From Thermoplasmatales archaeon (GTDB lineage Archaea; Thermoplasmatota; Thermoplasmata; Thermoplasmatales; Thermoplasmataceae), in the NCBI GenBank assembly GCA_027310185.1, contig DAIDBH010000010.1, positions 1 through 64,000 of the forward strand: DNA of 64,000 bases, given 5' to 3'. Position 1 is the stretch's first letter, and every line of letters starts with the position of its first letter. The notes below the pieces were generated by a model. That model saw nothing but the letters and a program-made list of their open reading frames with translations, was not told the origin of the DNA and did no database searches. Made by a program: the position numbers and the translations under genes. Positions 30,359 through 40,220 of this stretch are shown here, one piece after another.

Positions 30359-31298
30359 GATTGGAATTAAGATAGCCGAACTGCAACAGGTCAAGGAAAA
30401 CCTGGAAAAAACCATTAAGATGGCAGAAGAGAAGAAGAGGGAAATAGAAAACATGCTCCAGGGTCTGGTGAAGATAGACTCTGCTTCTGTGCCACAGGTA
30501 AAGGTGGAAGAGGCGAAGAAAGTGCTTGTGGATCTGAAAGAGCCAATGGTACCCAGAAAAAACCAGAAAATTTCAACAGGTATTTCCAAGATAGATGAAT
30601 TGCTTCTAGGTGGTTTACCCATGCCGTCGAACGTTGTTCTGTTTGGTGCGCCATTCACCTCGAAGGATATACTTGCAACTAATTTCATGGCTAATTCTAT
30701 CAAGGAAAACGTTCCAGTGGTAATAATCACAGCAGATAAAGATCTTAACCAGGTAAAATATGAAATAGCACAGACGCTCAGTGTAGAACCGGAAGTTGTT
30801 GACGGTTTCGAAGATGATGGGATGATTAGGTTTGTTGACCTTTATTCAAAATCGATCCAGTCCCAGAGCCCGTCAAAAAGAGCGGTTGTTATAGATAACA
30901 TATCTAACCTCAGCGTTCTTTTGAAATCTGTGGAGACCATTGAACAGGAATTGCTCAGGACCTATCCTTTTTACAGACTTGTATTCATTTCTCTTACAGC
31001 CTTCGTTCCGCAGTTTGACGAGAAGGTTTTCATGAAATTCACGCAGCAGTTCACACAGAAGAGGAAGGCAAACAGGTGCACAGCACTGTATATGCTTGAA
31101 GATGGACTCTTTGATCAGAAGGTTTTTGAAACAATCAGCTACATAATGGATGGCACCATAGAATTCAAGATAGTGAATGCAAAACAGTATGTAAAAGTGG
31201 TCGGTTTATCAAATGCAAGAACAAGAGAATGGGTTGAAGTCTACAACAGGGGAGAAACCTTTGATCTTGGATCCTTCTCACTGGAAAGAGTGAGATAA
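30345..31298 (+). CDS. RAD55/KaiC-like RecA-fold protein with degenerate Walker A
   Basis: ISTGISKIDELLLGGLP, GAPFTSKD, IMDGTIEF; N-terminal coiled coil. Confidence 0.8.
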   Translation: MESNEIGIKIAELQQVKENLEKTIKMAEEKKREIENMLQGLVKIDSASVPQVKVEEAKKVLVDLKEPMVPRKNQKISTGISKIDELLLGGLPMPSNVVLFGAPFTSKDILATNFMANSIKENVPVVIITADKDLNQVKYEIAQTLSVEPEVVDGFEDDGMIRFVDLYSKSIQSQSPSKRAVVIDNISNLSVLLKSVETIEQELLRTYPFYRLVFISLTAFVPQFDEKVFMKFTQQFTQKRKANRCTALYMLEDGLFDQKVFETISYIMDGTIEFKIVNAKQYVKVVGLSNARTREWVEVYNRGETFDLGSFSLERVR

Positions 31299-31339
31299 AC
31301 CAAATTTTTGTCCACTCACCTTAGTTTCAGATTAATTTT

Positions 31340-31401
31340 AACCGCTCAGTCTGCCTGTCATTCATCACAAATCAGTCAAGGCTGAATTCATCACAGCGGT
31401 T
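31340..31401 (-). ncRNA. Box C/D 2'-O-methylation guide sRNA
   Basis: AACCGCU-GUGAUGA(C)-12 nt-CUGA(D')-UUU-GUGAUGA(C')-12 nt-CUGA(D)-GCGGUU; all four boxes are consensus, with a terminal stem. Confidence 0.9.
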
Positions 31402-31546
31402 GTATAGGTATTGGATACCTTTTCTTAAGTGTTCGCTGTCCTGGTTCCAGATAATACAAGTTCGTGAAAGCAAGATAGATGACTAAAAGATGGACATATT
31501 ATTTCTGCTCACCATATGTTAAAATATTTCCCACGCATCAATATCT

Positions 31547-32836
31547 ATGGATAAATTTTTCAAGGATGCGTTGGAAATCAGGGAACTTGCAAAGGAACAT
31601 AATAAACTGTTTGAAGAAAGCGTTCCCCTGATCGCCTCAGAAAATGTGATGAGTCCGCTTGCAATGGAGATGCTTCTCACTGACTTTGGTCACAGGTATG
31701 CAGAAGGGTTGCCTCACCAGAGATACTACCAGGGAAACTTCTTTGTAGATCAGCTTGAAGATAAGGTTATAGAACTGGGAAAGAAGCTGTATAATGCACC
31801 ACAGTTTGACCCCAGGCCAGTATCTGGAACAAATGCTAATATGGGAGTTATTTTTGGGCTTACAAAACCCATGGAGAAGATCTGTGCCCCAGATCTTTCA
31901 GGTGGTGGCCATATAAGTGCTGCAAAATTCGGCGCACTTGGATTCAGGGGTCTTGATATCGTGAATTACCCATATGATGAGGAAACAATGACTATTGATG
32001 TTGACGGTGCAAGAAAAACAATTCTTGAGACAAAGCCAAATTTGTGTTTATTCGGGCAATCTGTATTCTTATTCCCTGCACCGCTGAAGGAACTGAGAGA
32101 CACCTTTCAGGAAGTTGGCTGCAAGGTGTGGTATGATGGTGCCCACGTAGCAGGACTAATAGCAGGAAAGAAGTTCCAGGATCCCCTGAGAGAAGGGGCT
32201 GATGTCATAACTGGTTCTACTCACAAAACCCTTCCTGGGCCTCAGCATGGCATGGTAATTGGGAATACTGATGACAGGACATGGAAAAAGGTTCAGAAGG
32301 GAGTATTCCCTGGAGTCCTGAGCAATCATCATCTTAATACAATGGCAGCTCTCGGTATAACACTCGCAGAAATGTTGGATTATGGAGAAGCATATGCACA
32401 GAAGATAATAGATAATGCAAGAACTCTTGCAGAGGAGCTTCACGCGCTTGGTATGGATGTCCTGGCAGAGAAAAGAGGTTTTACAAGATCACACACACTG
32501 GTGGCTGATGTTAGAAAATTCGGAGGGGGGAAGGAAGTTGCTGAAAAGCTTGAAAGATGTAACATCATACTAAACAAGAACCTCATTCCTGTTGATAAAA
32601 ATAGAAATTCACAGGATCCAAGTGGCATAAGAATTGGAACTCAGGAGATCACAAGAATAGGATTTGAAAAGAATGATGTTAAAGCCCTTGCAGAAATTAT
32701 GATGAAGATCCTCAATAACAATCTCAGTGAAGAAAAAGCAAAAGAAGAGGTCATGAATTTGAAATCCGGGTTTAAAGAAGTTAAATTCTGTTATGGAAAG
32801 GCAAATCCATATGAATATATAGAATTATTCAAATAA
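31547..32836 (+). CDS. glyA: Serine hydroxymethyltransferase
   Basis: LIASEN, YAEGLP, GGHIS, DGAH, STHKT.PGP, SGIRIGT. Confidence 0.96.
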   Translation: MDKFFKDALEIRELAKEHNKLFEESVPLIASENVMSPLAMEMLLTDFGHRYAEGLPHQRYYQGNFFVDQLEDKVIELGKKLYNAPQFDPRPVSGTNANMGVIFGLTKPMEKICAPDLSGGGHISAAKFGALGFRGLDIVNYPYDEETMTIDVDGARKTILETKPNLCLFGQSVFLFPAPLKELRDTFQEVGCKVWYDGAHVAGLIAGKKFQDPLREGADVITGSTHKTLPGPQHGMVIGNTDDRTWKKVQKGVFPGVLSNHHLNTMAALGITLAEMLDYGEAYAQKIIDNARTLAEELHALGMDVLAEKRGFTRSHTLVADVRKFGGGKEVAEKLERCNIILNKNLIPVDKNRNSQDPSGIRIGTQEITRIGFEKNDVKALAEIMMKILNNNLSEEKAKEEVMNLKSGFKEVKFCYGKANPYEYIELFK

Positions 32837-32909
32837 TTTTTTCATTTAACCATACATAAATCAATCAAGTATTTCATAACTATTTTTAACCTATTCAAAA
32901 TGCTGTTGT

Positions 32910-33533
32910 GTGAAGATTGGTGTAATTGGGTTCCAGGGTGATGTGGAAGAGCATATCAATATCCTGAAGAGGCTCCATGATAAGGGAGAAGATATAGAAC
33001 CAGTAAGGGTGAAGAATAAAGATCAGTTAAGGGAAGTTTCCGCCATAATAATACCAGGAGGAGAAAGTACAACTATTTATAAGCTCATAAAAGAGTATGG
33101 AATTTATGAAGATATAATAAGTTCTGTGAAGGGAGGGAAACCATTAATGGGTACCTGTGCTGGTATCATTCTGGCGTCAGCAAAAACCAATGATACAAGA
33201 GTTGAAGGAATGGGTTTGCTTGATGTTGAGATAGAAAGGAATGCCTACGGAAGGCAGGGAGAATCTTTCATTGATTATGTTGAAATTAAAAATGTTGGGA
33301 ACTACATGGCTGTTTTTATAAGAGCCCCAATTATTAAATCAGTTAACCATGGTGATATAATGGCATACCAGGCTGGAAAACCAGTAATGGTAAAAGATGG
33401 AAATGTCCTAGGACTCACGTTTCATCCAGAATTAACAGATGATACGAGGATACATGAATATTTTATAAAGATGATAGGGGGAGAGGGGGGTATTTCCAAT
33501 GGAACAAATGAAGAGAGGGTGACTGTAAAATGA
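32910..33533 (+). CDS. pdxT: PLP synthase glutaminase subunit
   Basis: FQGDVEEH, PGGESTT, GTCAG, RNAYGRQ, FIRAP, FHPEL. Confidence 0.95.
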   Translation: MKIGVIGFQGDVEEHINILKRLHDKGEDIEPVRVKNKDQLREVSAIIIPGGESTTIYKLIKEYGIYEDIISSVKGGKPLMGTCAGIILASAKTNDTRVEGMGLLDVEIERNAYGRQGESFIDYVEIKNVGNYMAVFIRAPIIKSVNHGDIMAYQAGKPVMVKDGNVLGLTFHPELTDDTRIHEYFIKMIGGEGGISNGTNEERVTVK

Positions 33534-34579
33534 GAACGATTCTATACGATGAACATGTAAAAATGAATGCAAATATTGTCGACTTTCACGGTTGGGATAT
33601 GCCACTATATTATGAATCAATAATAAAGGAACATATGTATGTTAGACAGAAGTGTGGAGTTTTTGATGTTTCCCATATGGGTGACGTATTCATAACCGGT
33701 GCAGGGGCTGAAGAAACTCTCATGAAACTTCTACCATCAGATATATCAAAAATGAATGATGGAGACTGTTTATACACTGCGTTCCTCAATAATGATGGAA
33801 ATATGATTGATGATACAATAATATATAGATTTAGTAAACAAAAATTTCTATGTGTTCCCAATGCTGCAACCACAGACAGGATACTGGATCATATAATAAA
33901 AAATAAGATGAACAACTGTGAAGTTAAGAATTCTTCAAATGAATTATCATGTATAGCAATTCAGGGTAAGGATTCTGTAGATATCATGAAACATCTCGAC
34001 TTAAAGTTTCCAGAACCTTTCAAGTTTTACGAAGAAAAAGGAATGATAATTTCAGGCACTGGATATACCGGTGAAACAGGATGTGAAATAATTATAAGAA
34101 ATAGTGAAGCAGTGAATTTATGGGAAAAAATAGTGAATGACTTGCGGAAGATTGGATGCGGTCCATGTGGTTTGGGTGCCAGAGATACATTGAGAATGGA
34201 AAAGGGAATGCTTCTTTCAGGCCAGGACTTCAATTCAGATAGAAATCCATATGAAGCTTCTGTTTCCTTCATTGTAAATAATGATCATGAGTATATTGGA
34301 AAAGAGAATCTTTTATCAAAACAGAAACCTGAAAGAATATTCAGAGGAATTGTGATGGATGAAAAGGGTTCATTTCCAAGACATGGTAATTTAATTTATG
34401 ATGAATCTGGCAAGGAAATAGGTCTAATCACAAGTGGCAGTATTTCACCAATTCTTGGAAAGGGAATAGGCCTCGGTTACATAAACAGGAATAATTCAAA
34501 AAGTGATACTTCAATCATGGTTGGTATAAGGGATAAAAAATTCAATGGAAAAGTTTCAAGGCCAAGGATAGTTCCTTAG
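33530..34579 (+). CDS. gcvT: Glycine cleavage system T protein (aminomethyltransferase)
   Basis: FHGWDMP, FDVSHMG, TGYTGE.G.E, GLGARDTLRMEKG. Confidence 0.93.
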   Translation: MRTILYDEHVKMNANIVDFHGWDMPLYYESIIKEHMYVRQKCGVFDVSHMGDVFITGAGAEETLMKLLPSDISKMNDGDCLYTAFLNNDGNMIDDTIIYRFSKQKFLCVPNAATTDRILDHIIKNKMNNCEVKNSSNELSCIAIQGKDSVDIMKHLDLKFPEPFKFYEEKGMIISGTGYTGETGCEIIIRNSEAVNLWEKIVNDLRKIGCGPCGLGARDTLRMEKGMLLSGQDFNSDRNPYEASVSFIVNNDHEYIGKENLLSKQKPERIFRGIVMDEKGSFPRHGNLIYDESGKEIGLITSGSISPILGKGIGLGYINRNNSKSDTSIMVGIRDKKFNGKVSRPRIVP

Positions 34580-34607
34580 GCTCCACTTGAAACATACCCC
34601 CCTCCCC

Positions 34608-34775
34608 CTAATATAATTGATTTACAATTTCTTCTTTCTTCTTTTTCCAGAGATCTATTTCATAATTATAATATCCCTGCTGGTCTCTATTCTGTCTGAT
34701 CTGGTCAAGCCTCTCATTAACATAGGCGAGCTCACCCTGGAGCTTCATTCTCATTTGTTTATCTACAACAGGCAT
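34608..34775 (-). CDS. Small (55 aa) helical protein not in the ORF track
   Basis: MPVVDKQMRMKLQGELAYVNERLDQIRQNRDQQGYYNYEIDLWKKKKEEIVNQLY*; fills the gcvT-nrdJ gap; TATA-like element about 25 nt upstream. Confidence 0.65.
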   Translation of the reverse strand: MPVVDKQMRMKLQGELAYVNERLDQIRQNRDQQGYYNYEIDLWKKKKEEIVNQLY

Positions 34776-34830
34776 GATCTGTAATTGCAGATTATATGAA
34801 TAAGTTTACTATTTTATGGAATGTTTTTTT

Positions 34831-34856
34831 ATATGTTATCAAATATGATAACATAT
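34831..34856. promoter_or_regulatory. Perfect 11-4-11 inverted repeat, candidate operator upstream of nrdJ
   Basis: ATATGTTATCA-AATA-TGATAACATAT. Confidence 0.55.
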
Positions 34857-34955
34857 TGTTACCTTTTTCAAAATTAATTTTGATATTTATAATGGTATTA
34901 AAATTGCTATCAGTGTTACATTAAAATTAAATAGAAACACAACATCTAATTTGTA

Positions 34956-37307
34956 ATGATAAAATCAATCAAAAAAAGAGACGGAAAGATCGAGGATTTC
35001 GATCAAACAAAAATATCAAGGGCAATCTACAAAGCAATGCTTTCATTGAAGTTCGGTAATATGCACGATGCAGAAATTCTATCTGATAAAGTAGTGAAGG
35101 AATTGAGTGCAAGGAAGGAAATTCCAACAGTAGAGAATATACAGGACACAGTAGAATCTGTTCTTATGGAAACACAAATAGATGGAAGAAAATTCAACGA
35201 GGTTGCAAAGGCTTACATACTATACAGGGAAAAGAGGAGATTCATCAGAGAGGAGAAGGAAAGGCTTGGTGTGAAAGATGATCTCAAATTAACCCTGAAT
35301 GCTGTAAAGGTTCTTGAAGCCAGATATTTACTCAAGGACGAGGAAGGCAAGATCATAGAAACTCCTGACCAGATGTTCAGGAGAGTGGCAAACCACGTTG
35401 GAGTTATTGATGCGCTTTATGATTACGCCAACTACCAGAAAAAAGGAACAGTAAGGGAGGATGGAAAGAAGATATCAAACCTCTTAAACACCCAGATTGA
35501 AGTTCTTGAAAGAGGATTCAATGAGCTTGTAAATGATGGTGTACTGAAAGGAACGTTTGGACAGTTCATGGATTTCATATACACAAAGCCAACCAGTGCA
35601 GAGGACACAATTGAAAAATTCCACAAAATGATGAAGAGCCTGGAATATGTTCCAAACTCACCAACAATGATGAATGCAGGTGCAAGACTGGGTCAGCTTT
35701 CAGCATGTTTCGTTCTACCAGTTGGAGACAGTATAGAAGAAATTTTCGAAGCAGTGAAACAGACAGCAGAAATTCACAAGTCTGGAGGAGGTACAGGGTT
35801 CTCATTCTCCAGACTGAGAAATAAGGATGACATTGTTGGTTCTACCAAGGGAGTAGCATCAGGCCCGGTATCATTCATGAAAATTTTCGATACCACAACA
35901 GAAGTCATTAAGCAGGGAGGAAAGAGAAGAGGAGCCAACATGGGAATCCTCAGGTATGATCATCCAGACATAATGGAATTCATAACAAGCAAGGACTCTG
36001 AAAATACCATTCTTAGAAATTTCAACATTTCAGTGGGAATGGAAGACGAATTCTTTGAAAAACTTGACAGTGACGGATATGTTGATCTCAAGAACCCGAA
36101 GACTGGAAAGGTCGTATCAAGAATAAAGGCAAGAACCATGTGGGATTCCATAATAACTCATGCATGGAAAACTGCGGACCCTGGACTGATTTTCCTTGAT
36201 GAAATCAACAGGGCAAATCCTGTAAAAAATATAGCGGATATCGAGGCAACAAACCCATGTGGTGAACAGCCTCTCATGCCATATGAATCATGCAATCTTG
36301 GATCAATAAATCTCGCAAAGTTTGTCAAGGAAGACAACACAATTGACTGGGAAAGATTGAGGGACACAGTTCATTTATCAACAAGATTCCTTGATAATGT
36401 TGTGGATGCCAATAACTTTCCAGTTAGGCAGATAAAGGAAATGACAAGAAAAACAAGAAAGATTGGACTTGGAATAATGGGCTTTGCAGATATGCTCATC
36501 ATGCTGGGTGTTCCATATGACAGTGAGGAAGCATTGAAGATAGCTGAGAATGTAATGAGCTTCCTGGATATAGAATCACACAAGGAATCTCAGAATCTTG
36601 CTAACGAAAGGGGAGTATTCCCGGGATGGTATGGTTCAGAATATGAAAAGGAAGACATACTCATGAGGAACTCCACAACCACAACAATAGCACCAACAGG
36701 TACAATTTCCATTATAGCTGGTTGTTCTTCCTCAATAGAACCTCTCTTTGCTATCGCATTCATGAGGCATGTATTGAATGGCCAGGAGCTTATCGAAGTG
36801 AACCCACTGTTTGAAGAGGTAATGAAAAAGAGAAATCTATACTCTGAGAAGCTGATGCAGGATGTAGCAACAACTGGAAACCTTTCAAAGATAGACCTTC
36901 CCCTGGATCTCAAGAGACTCTTCAAAACTGCCCACGAGATTGATCCAGAATGGCATGTACTGATGCAGGCAACATTCCAGAAATATTGTGACTCAGGTGT
37001 TTCAAAGACAATCAATCTGCCTAACGATGCAACACCGGAAGATATCGGTAAGGCTTACAGGCTGGCCAAGGACCTTCACTGCAAAGGAATAACTGTGTAC
37101 AGGGACAGAAGCAAGACAGAACAGGTTCTATATTCTGGAACATCGGGTAAGAAGGAGGAAGCTTCAAAAGAAGAGAAAAAGGAAAAAATCGCCATTATAG
37201 AAAAGATGACCTCTGAGGGAAAGGAGAGAAAGAAGATGGATACTAAGTACCTCAGACTTGAGGCTACTTTCGATCCAGCATGCCCAGACGGAAAGTGCGA
37301 TAAGTAG
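34956..37307 (+). CDS. nrdJ: Class II (B12-dependent) ribonucleotide reductase with ATP cone
   Basis: IKKRDG ATP cone, [32 protein letters not shown]-terminal CPDGKC. Confidence 0.95.
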   Translation: MIKSIKKRDGKIEDFDQTKISRAIYKAMLSLKFGNMHDAEILSDKVVKELSARKEIPTVENIQDTVESVLMETQIDGRKFNEVAKAYILYREKRRFIREEKERLGVKDDLKLTLNAVKVLEARYLLKDEEGKIIETPDQMFRRVANHVGVIDALYDYANYQKKGTVREDGKKISNLLNTQIEVLERGFNELVNDGVLKGTFGQFMDFIYTKPTSAEDTIEKFHKMMKSLEYVPNSPTMMNAGARLGQLSACFVLPVGDSIEEIFEAVKQTAEIHKSGGGTGFSFSRLRNKDDIVGSTKGVASGPVSFMKIFDTTTEVIKQGGKRRGANMGILRYDHPDIMEFITSKDSENTILRNFNISVGMEDEFFEKLDSDGYVDLKNPKTGKVVSRIKARTMWDSIITHAWKTADPGLIFLDEINRANPVKNIADIEATNPCGEQPLMPYESCNLGSINLAKFVKEDNTIDWERLRDTVHLSTRFLDNVVDANNFPVRQIKEMTRKTRKIGLGIMGFADMLIMLGVPYDSEEALKIAENVMSFLDIESHKESQNLANERGVFPGWYGSEYEKEDILMRNSTTTTIAPTGTISIIAGCSSSIEPLFAIAFMRHVLNGQELIEVNPLFEEVMKKRNLYSEKLMQDVATTGNLSKIDLPLDLKRLFKTAHEIDPEWHVLMQATFQKYCDSGVSKTINLPNDATPEDIGKAYRLAKDLHCKGITVYRDRSKTEQVLYSGTSGKKEEASKEEKKEKIAIIEKMTSEGKERKKMDTKYLRLEATFDPACPDGKCDK

Positions 37308-37618
37308 TGGGCTTCCAGGAGATTAAGGAGGAGGTAATATCCAGAAAACTCCTCAATTATTCGGATGAAATACACACATTAAAACCATTGATCAACGAGA
37401 TGCTTATAGGTCTGTCAAGAAAGAATATATTTCTGACTGCTGTTAGAGATTACAGCAACGATTTCAACGTAAGGGAATTTTCAATTTTTCTTGAATCACT
37501 TCTGGAGGGAAAGGGAGATGAATACCAGAAGAAACTCTATTACGAAGAAAATTTTGATGGAATAATCCAATCATCAATAGAATGGATAAAGGGTCATACA
37601 AAAGAAAACAAGATCTGA
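37307..37618 (+). CDS. Hypothetical protein
   Basis: 103-aa ORF whose GTG start overlaps the nrdJ stop. Confidence 0.6.
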   Translation: MGFQEIKEEVISRKLLNYSDEIHTLKPLINEMLIGLSRKNIFLTAVRDYSNDFNVREFSIFLESLLEGKGDEYQKKLYYEENFDGIIQSSIEWIKGHTKENKI

Positions 37619-37675
37619 TAAATCATAATCAATGTAAAAAGAAAATCTTATTAGCGCAAAACTCATTTATCTGTA

Positions 37676-38161
37676 TTGGCAATAGAATCATTCCTAAACA
37701 GTAATGTCACGGTGGTGTACGATGGCAACATGACCCGCCTAGTCTGTACTCTTCTTACCTATGATGACATGGGCATAATGGTAGCTTATCGAAATCACAA
37801 GTTATTCATCCCGTGGAGATTTATTGAGGAAATAAGGGATGTAACGGAACAGGACAGAATTGAAGACTCAAACAAAATGAAAGAGGAAACGAAGAAAAAG
37901 ACAAATCCTGTGATCATCTTTTCTATCACAACACTGTTCATAGGTGGTCTAGTTACTTATCTTGCCTACACATTCCTGAGCCAAATACCACAGTATGGTT
38001 TTCAGAGAGGAGTGACCGCGGCAATTGCATCACCAATAATAGTTGTAGGGATTCTAGGAACGTTCCTGGCAATGTTTGCAGGAAAGGGAAAAATAGCCAC
38101 AGTTCTTTCAATGGTTTCGGTAATCGCCGTAGTAATAATATTGATATTTTTTGGCTCCTGA
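37676..38161 (+). CDS. Hypothetical protein: Sm/Hfq-like N-terminal domain plus three TM helices
   Basis: VTVVY....L.CTLLTYDD.GIMV....KLFIPW..IEEI pattern, charged linker, hydrophobic C-terminus; TTG start. Confidence 0.6.
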   Translation: MAIESFLNSNVTVVYDGNMTRLVCTLLTYDDMGIMVAYRNHKLFIPWRFIEEIRDVTEQDRIEDSNKMKEETKKKTNPVIIFSITTLFIGGLVTYLAYTFLSQIPQYGFQRGVTAAIASPIIVVGILGTFLAMFAGKGKIATVLSMVSVIAVVIILIFFGS

Positions 38162-38177
38162 AAATCTCAAAATTTTA

Positions 38178-38882
38178 CTATGAGGTTTCAGGCACATTGA
38201 GTTTCTTCAGTCCATGTATTGAAAAGGCATAAACCGCCAGGAAGAAGACAATGAAGAACGGTATTATCAAAAGCTCATCTATAGGTTTCACAGTTTCTAT
38301 GTACCAGAATGCGGAAAATGAGAACAGTAAGGATGAAACGACCACTTTCATTATTGCCTGCTTGATCTTCCTTATCTGTGATCTCAATACTATGGAGAAA
38401 ACTATTACAATTCCAATTCCGAGGAATATTCCATATGCAGTAGAGGAATAACTTTCAGGATAGAGCCCAACAAGTACAATAGCAGCCTCGAAAGCTTCTA
38501 TAACTCCGGCTGTGTAAGCTGTAAGGGAAACACCAGAATCAGTTGGCTCTTCCTTATGGGATTTGGGGAAGCTTTTCAGGTGCTGAAATTTCATGGACCT
38601 TTTGGCACTCTTGGCCAGTCTTTGAGCGAAATACAGCAGGAGAGTGGCGGAAACAAGTCTCACATAAATCAGTGGAAGCAGTGAAATTGCACTACCTATA
38701 AATGCCGTAGGAATAAGAACAGTAATTACGCCAAGAGACGCAGCCAGTAGTGGAATATTGCTCTTAGCATCAACTGACAGGGACATGGAAATTGCAGATG
38801 CTTCTGACATTTCCAGTACTATTATACCAGTTGCTGCAAGGAATATGGCAGGATCGAAATATGACACGTTGCAGCATGACAT
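38178..38882 (-). CDS. COG4280-type membrane protein (duplicated ExxE motifs; putative divalent metal transporter)
   Basis: Two homologous halves with VLEMSEA and IEAFEAAIV, about seven TM helices, N-terminal MSCC. Confidence 0.7.
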   Translation of the reverse strand: MSCCNVSYFDPAIFLAATGIIVLEMSEASAISMSLSVDAKSNIPLLAASLGVITVLIPTAFIGSAISLLPLIYVRLVSATLLLYFAQRLAKSAKRSMKFQHLKSFPKSHKEEPTDSGVSLTAYTAGVIEAFEAAIVLVGLYPESYSSTAYGIFLGIGIVIVFSIVLRSQIRKIKQAIMKVVVSSLLFSFSAFWYIETVKPIDELLIIPFFIVFFLAVYAFSIHGLKKLNVPETS

Positions 38883-38923
38883 TCAAATTAAAAAGTTTTT
38901 ATGTTACGACACTATGGCAATTA

Positions 38924-39043
38924 ATGTGTTCTGATTGTTTCGAGGAGCAGTGCACATGCGAATACTGTGTGGAATACAGGCATCAGCAGGCATGCCCCGT
39001 ATGTGGTCACCTTGTATTCCTGGACTGCTGCCAGGGATTTTAG
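38924..39043 (+). CDS. Cys-rich 39-aa microprotein (metallothionein/zinc-finger-like)
   Basis: MCSDCFEEQCTCEYCVEYRHQQACPVCGHLVFLDCCQGF*, 9 Cys and 2 His; TTTTTATG box at 38896-38903 fits a leaderless start. Confidence 0.7.
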   Translation: MCSDCFEEQCTCEYCVEYRHQQACPVCGHLVFLDCCQGF

Positions 39044-39160
39044 GAAGAAAACGTGAATAAAAAATGCATTATGCAATATGATGTTTTCCAGTGATTTTTT
39101 TGGAGTGAGAATCAGTGATAAAAGAGAAAAATTATATTTCCAATCTGAAATTATCCATGG

Positions 39161-40189
39161 TTGGTTGACCTACAGACATTCATATTAAGGGTAAAAAAGG
39201 CATTAAAACACAATATAGGTAAAACCATACTTATGGCAGTGTTAGTACTAATATACAGCGTGTTCTCTGAATATTACATAGAAAACCCAATTGGAAGCTC
39301 CGGCATTCACTCTCTTTTCGAATCGCTCTGGTGGACAATGCAGACAGTTACGACGGTTGGGTATGGGGACGTAACAATTGTTGGATTCATGGGAAAATTA
39401 AATGCCATATTCATAATGATTATCGGTGTGGGAAGTTTCAGTCTATTGCTCGTGTCAATAGGAGCTGAACTTATAGACGCCAAGCTTCTCAGAAGATTTG
39501 GAGAGGTGAGAACAAAAATGAAGGATCATGTAATAATATGTAATTACTCAGAAAAGCAGGCAGACATAATTGAGGCCATAATGAAGGATAAGAATCCCTT
39601 TATAGTACTTGGTCAGGATCCCCCGGCAAAGGAAAAGGAAAACATGGAGTTTGTGAAGGGAAACCCCCTGGATTATAATGACCTCAAGAGGGCTGGTATT
39701 GAAAACAGTCACACAGCAATAATTTTTCCAAACGAGAAATATGGCTCAGAAAATTCACTTGCTGTAGATGCTGAATCGATTCTTATCGTGATGACAGTCA
39801 AAAAATTAAATCCGGAAATCAACACGATTGTGGAACTCATGAATAAATCAAGCAGAGAGCATGCCATTGAATCAGGCGCAGACGAAATTATAGTGAGAGG
39901 GGATATGAGTTCCTCAGCTATTGTTAAACTGATAAATAATCCCGGGTCCTGGAAATTCATTTCAAAAATATTTTCTCAATCAGACGGCATGGACTTCATA
40001 GAAACAACAGAAGATGATTATAAGGGAAAAAGTTTCAGTGAACTATACCGGTCAGTGGAAAATGACTGGAGGAAAATAATTGCCATTAGAAAGGGTGATG
40101 ATTACCTGTTAAGGCCTGATGAGAACTCTATATATCAGGGAGAATTACTCATTATTCTGGAGAAATCCAAGAAAACAATGAAAAATTAA
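39161..40189 (+). CDS. Potassium channel with RCK domain (MthK/Kch-like)
   Basis: TTVGYGD selectivity filter, two TM helices, TrkA-N/RCK domain. Confidence 0.92.
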   Translation: MVDLQTFILRVKKALKHNIGKTILMAVLVLIYSVFSEYYIENPIGSSGIHSLFESLWWTMQTVTTVGYGDVTIVGFMGKLNAIFIMIIGVGSFSLLLVSIGAELIDAKLLRRFGEVRTKMKDHVIICNYSEKQADIIEAIMKDKNPFIVLGQDPPAKEKENMEFVKGNPLDYNDLKRAGIENSHTAIIFPNEKYGSENSLAVDAESILIVMTVKKLNPEINTIVELMNKSSREHAIESGADEIIVRGDMSSSAIVKLINNPGSWKFISKIFSQSDGMDFIETTEDDYKGKSFSELYRSVENDWRKIIAIRKGDDYLLRPDENSIYQGELLIILEKSKKTMKN

Positions 40190-40220
40190 ATAAGGTTTGC
40201 AACATTGCAGTAAAAAAGAA

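Noticed and set aside
34956-37307. Possible intein in nrdJ (insert in the N-terminal region)
   Set aside because: No intein splice motifs (C/S...HN) or LAGLIDADG blocks; overall length is ordinary
38792-38923. 83-aa version of the Cys-rich ORF
   Set aside because: The extension overlaps the divergent gene and promoter; ATG 38924 fits TATA spacing
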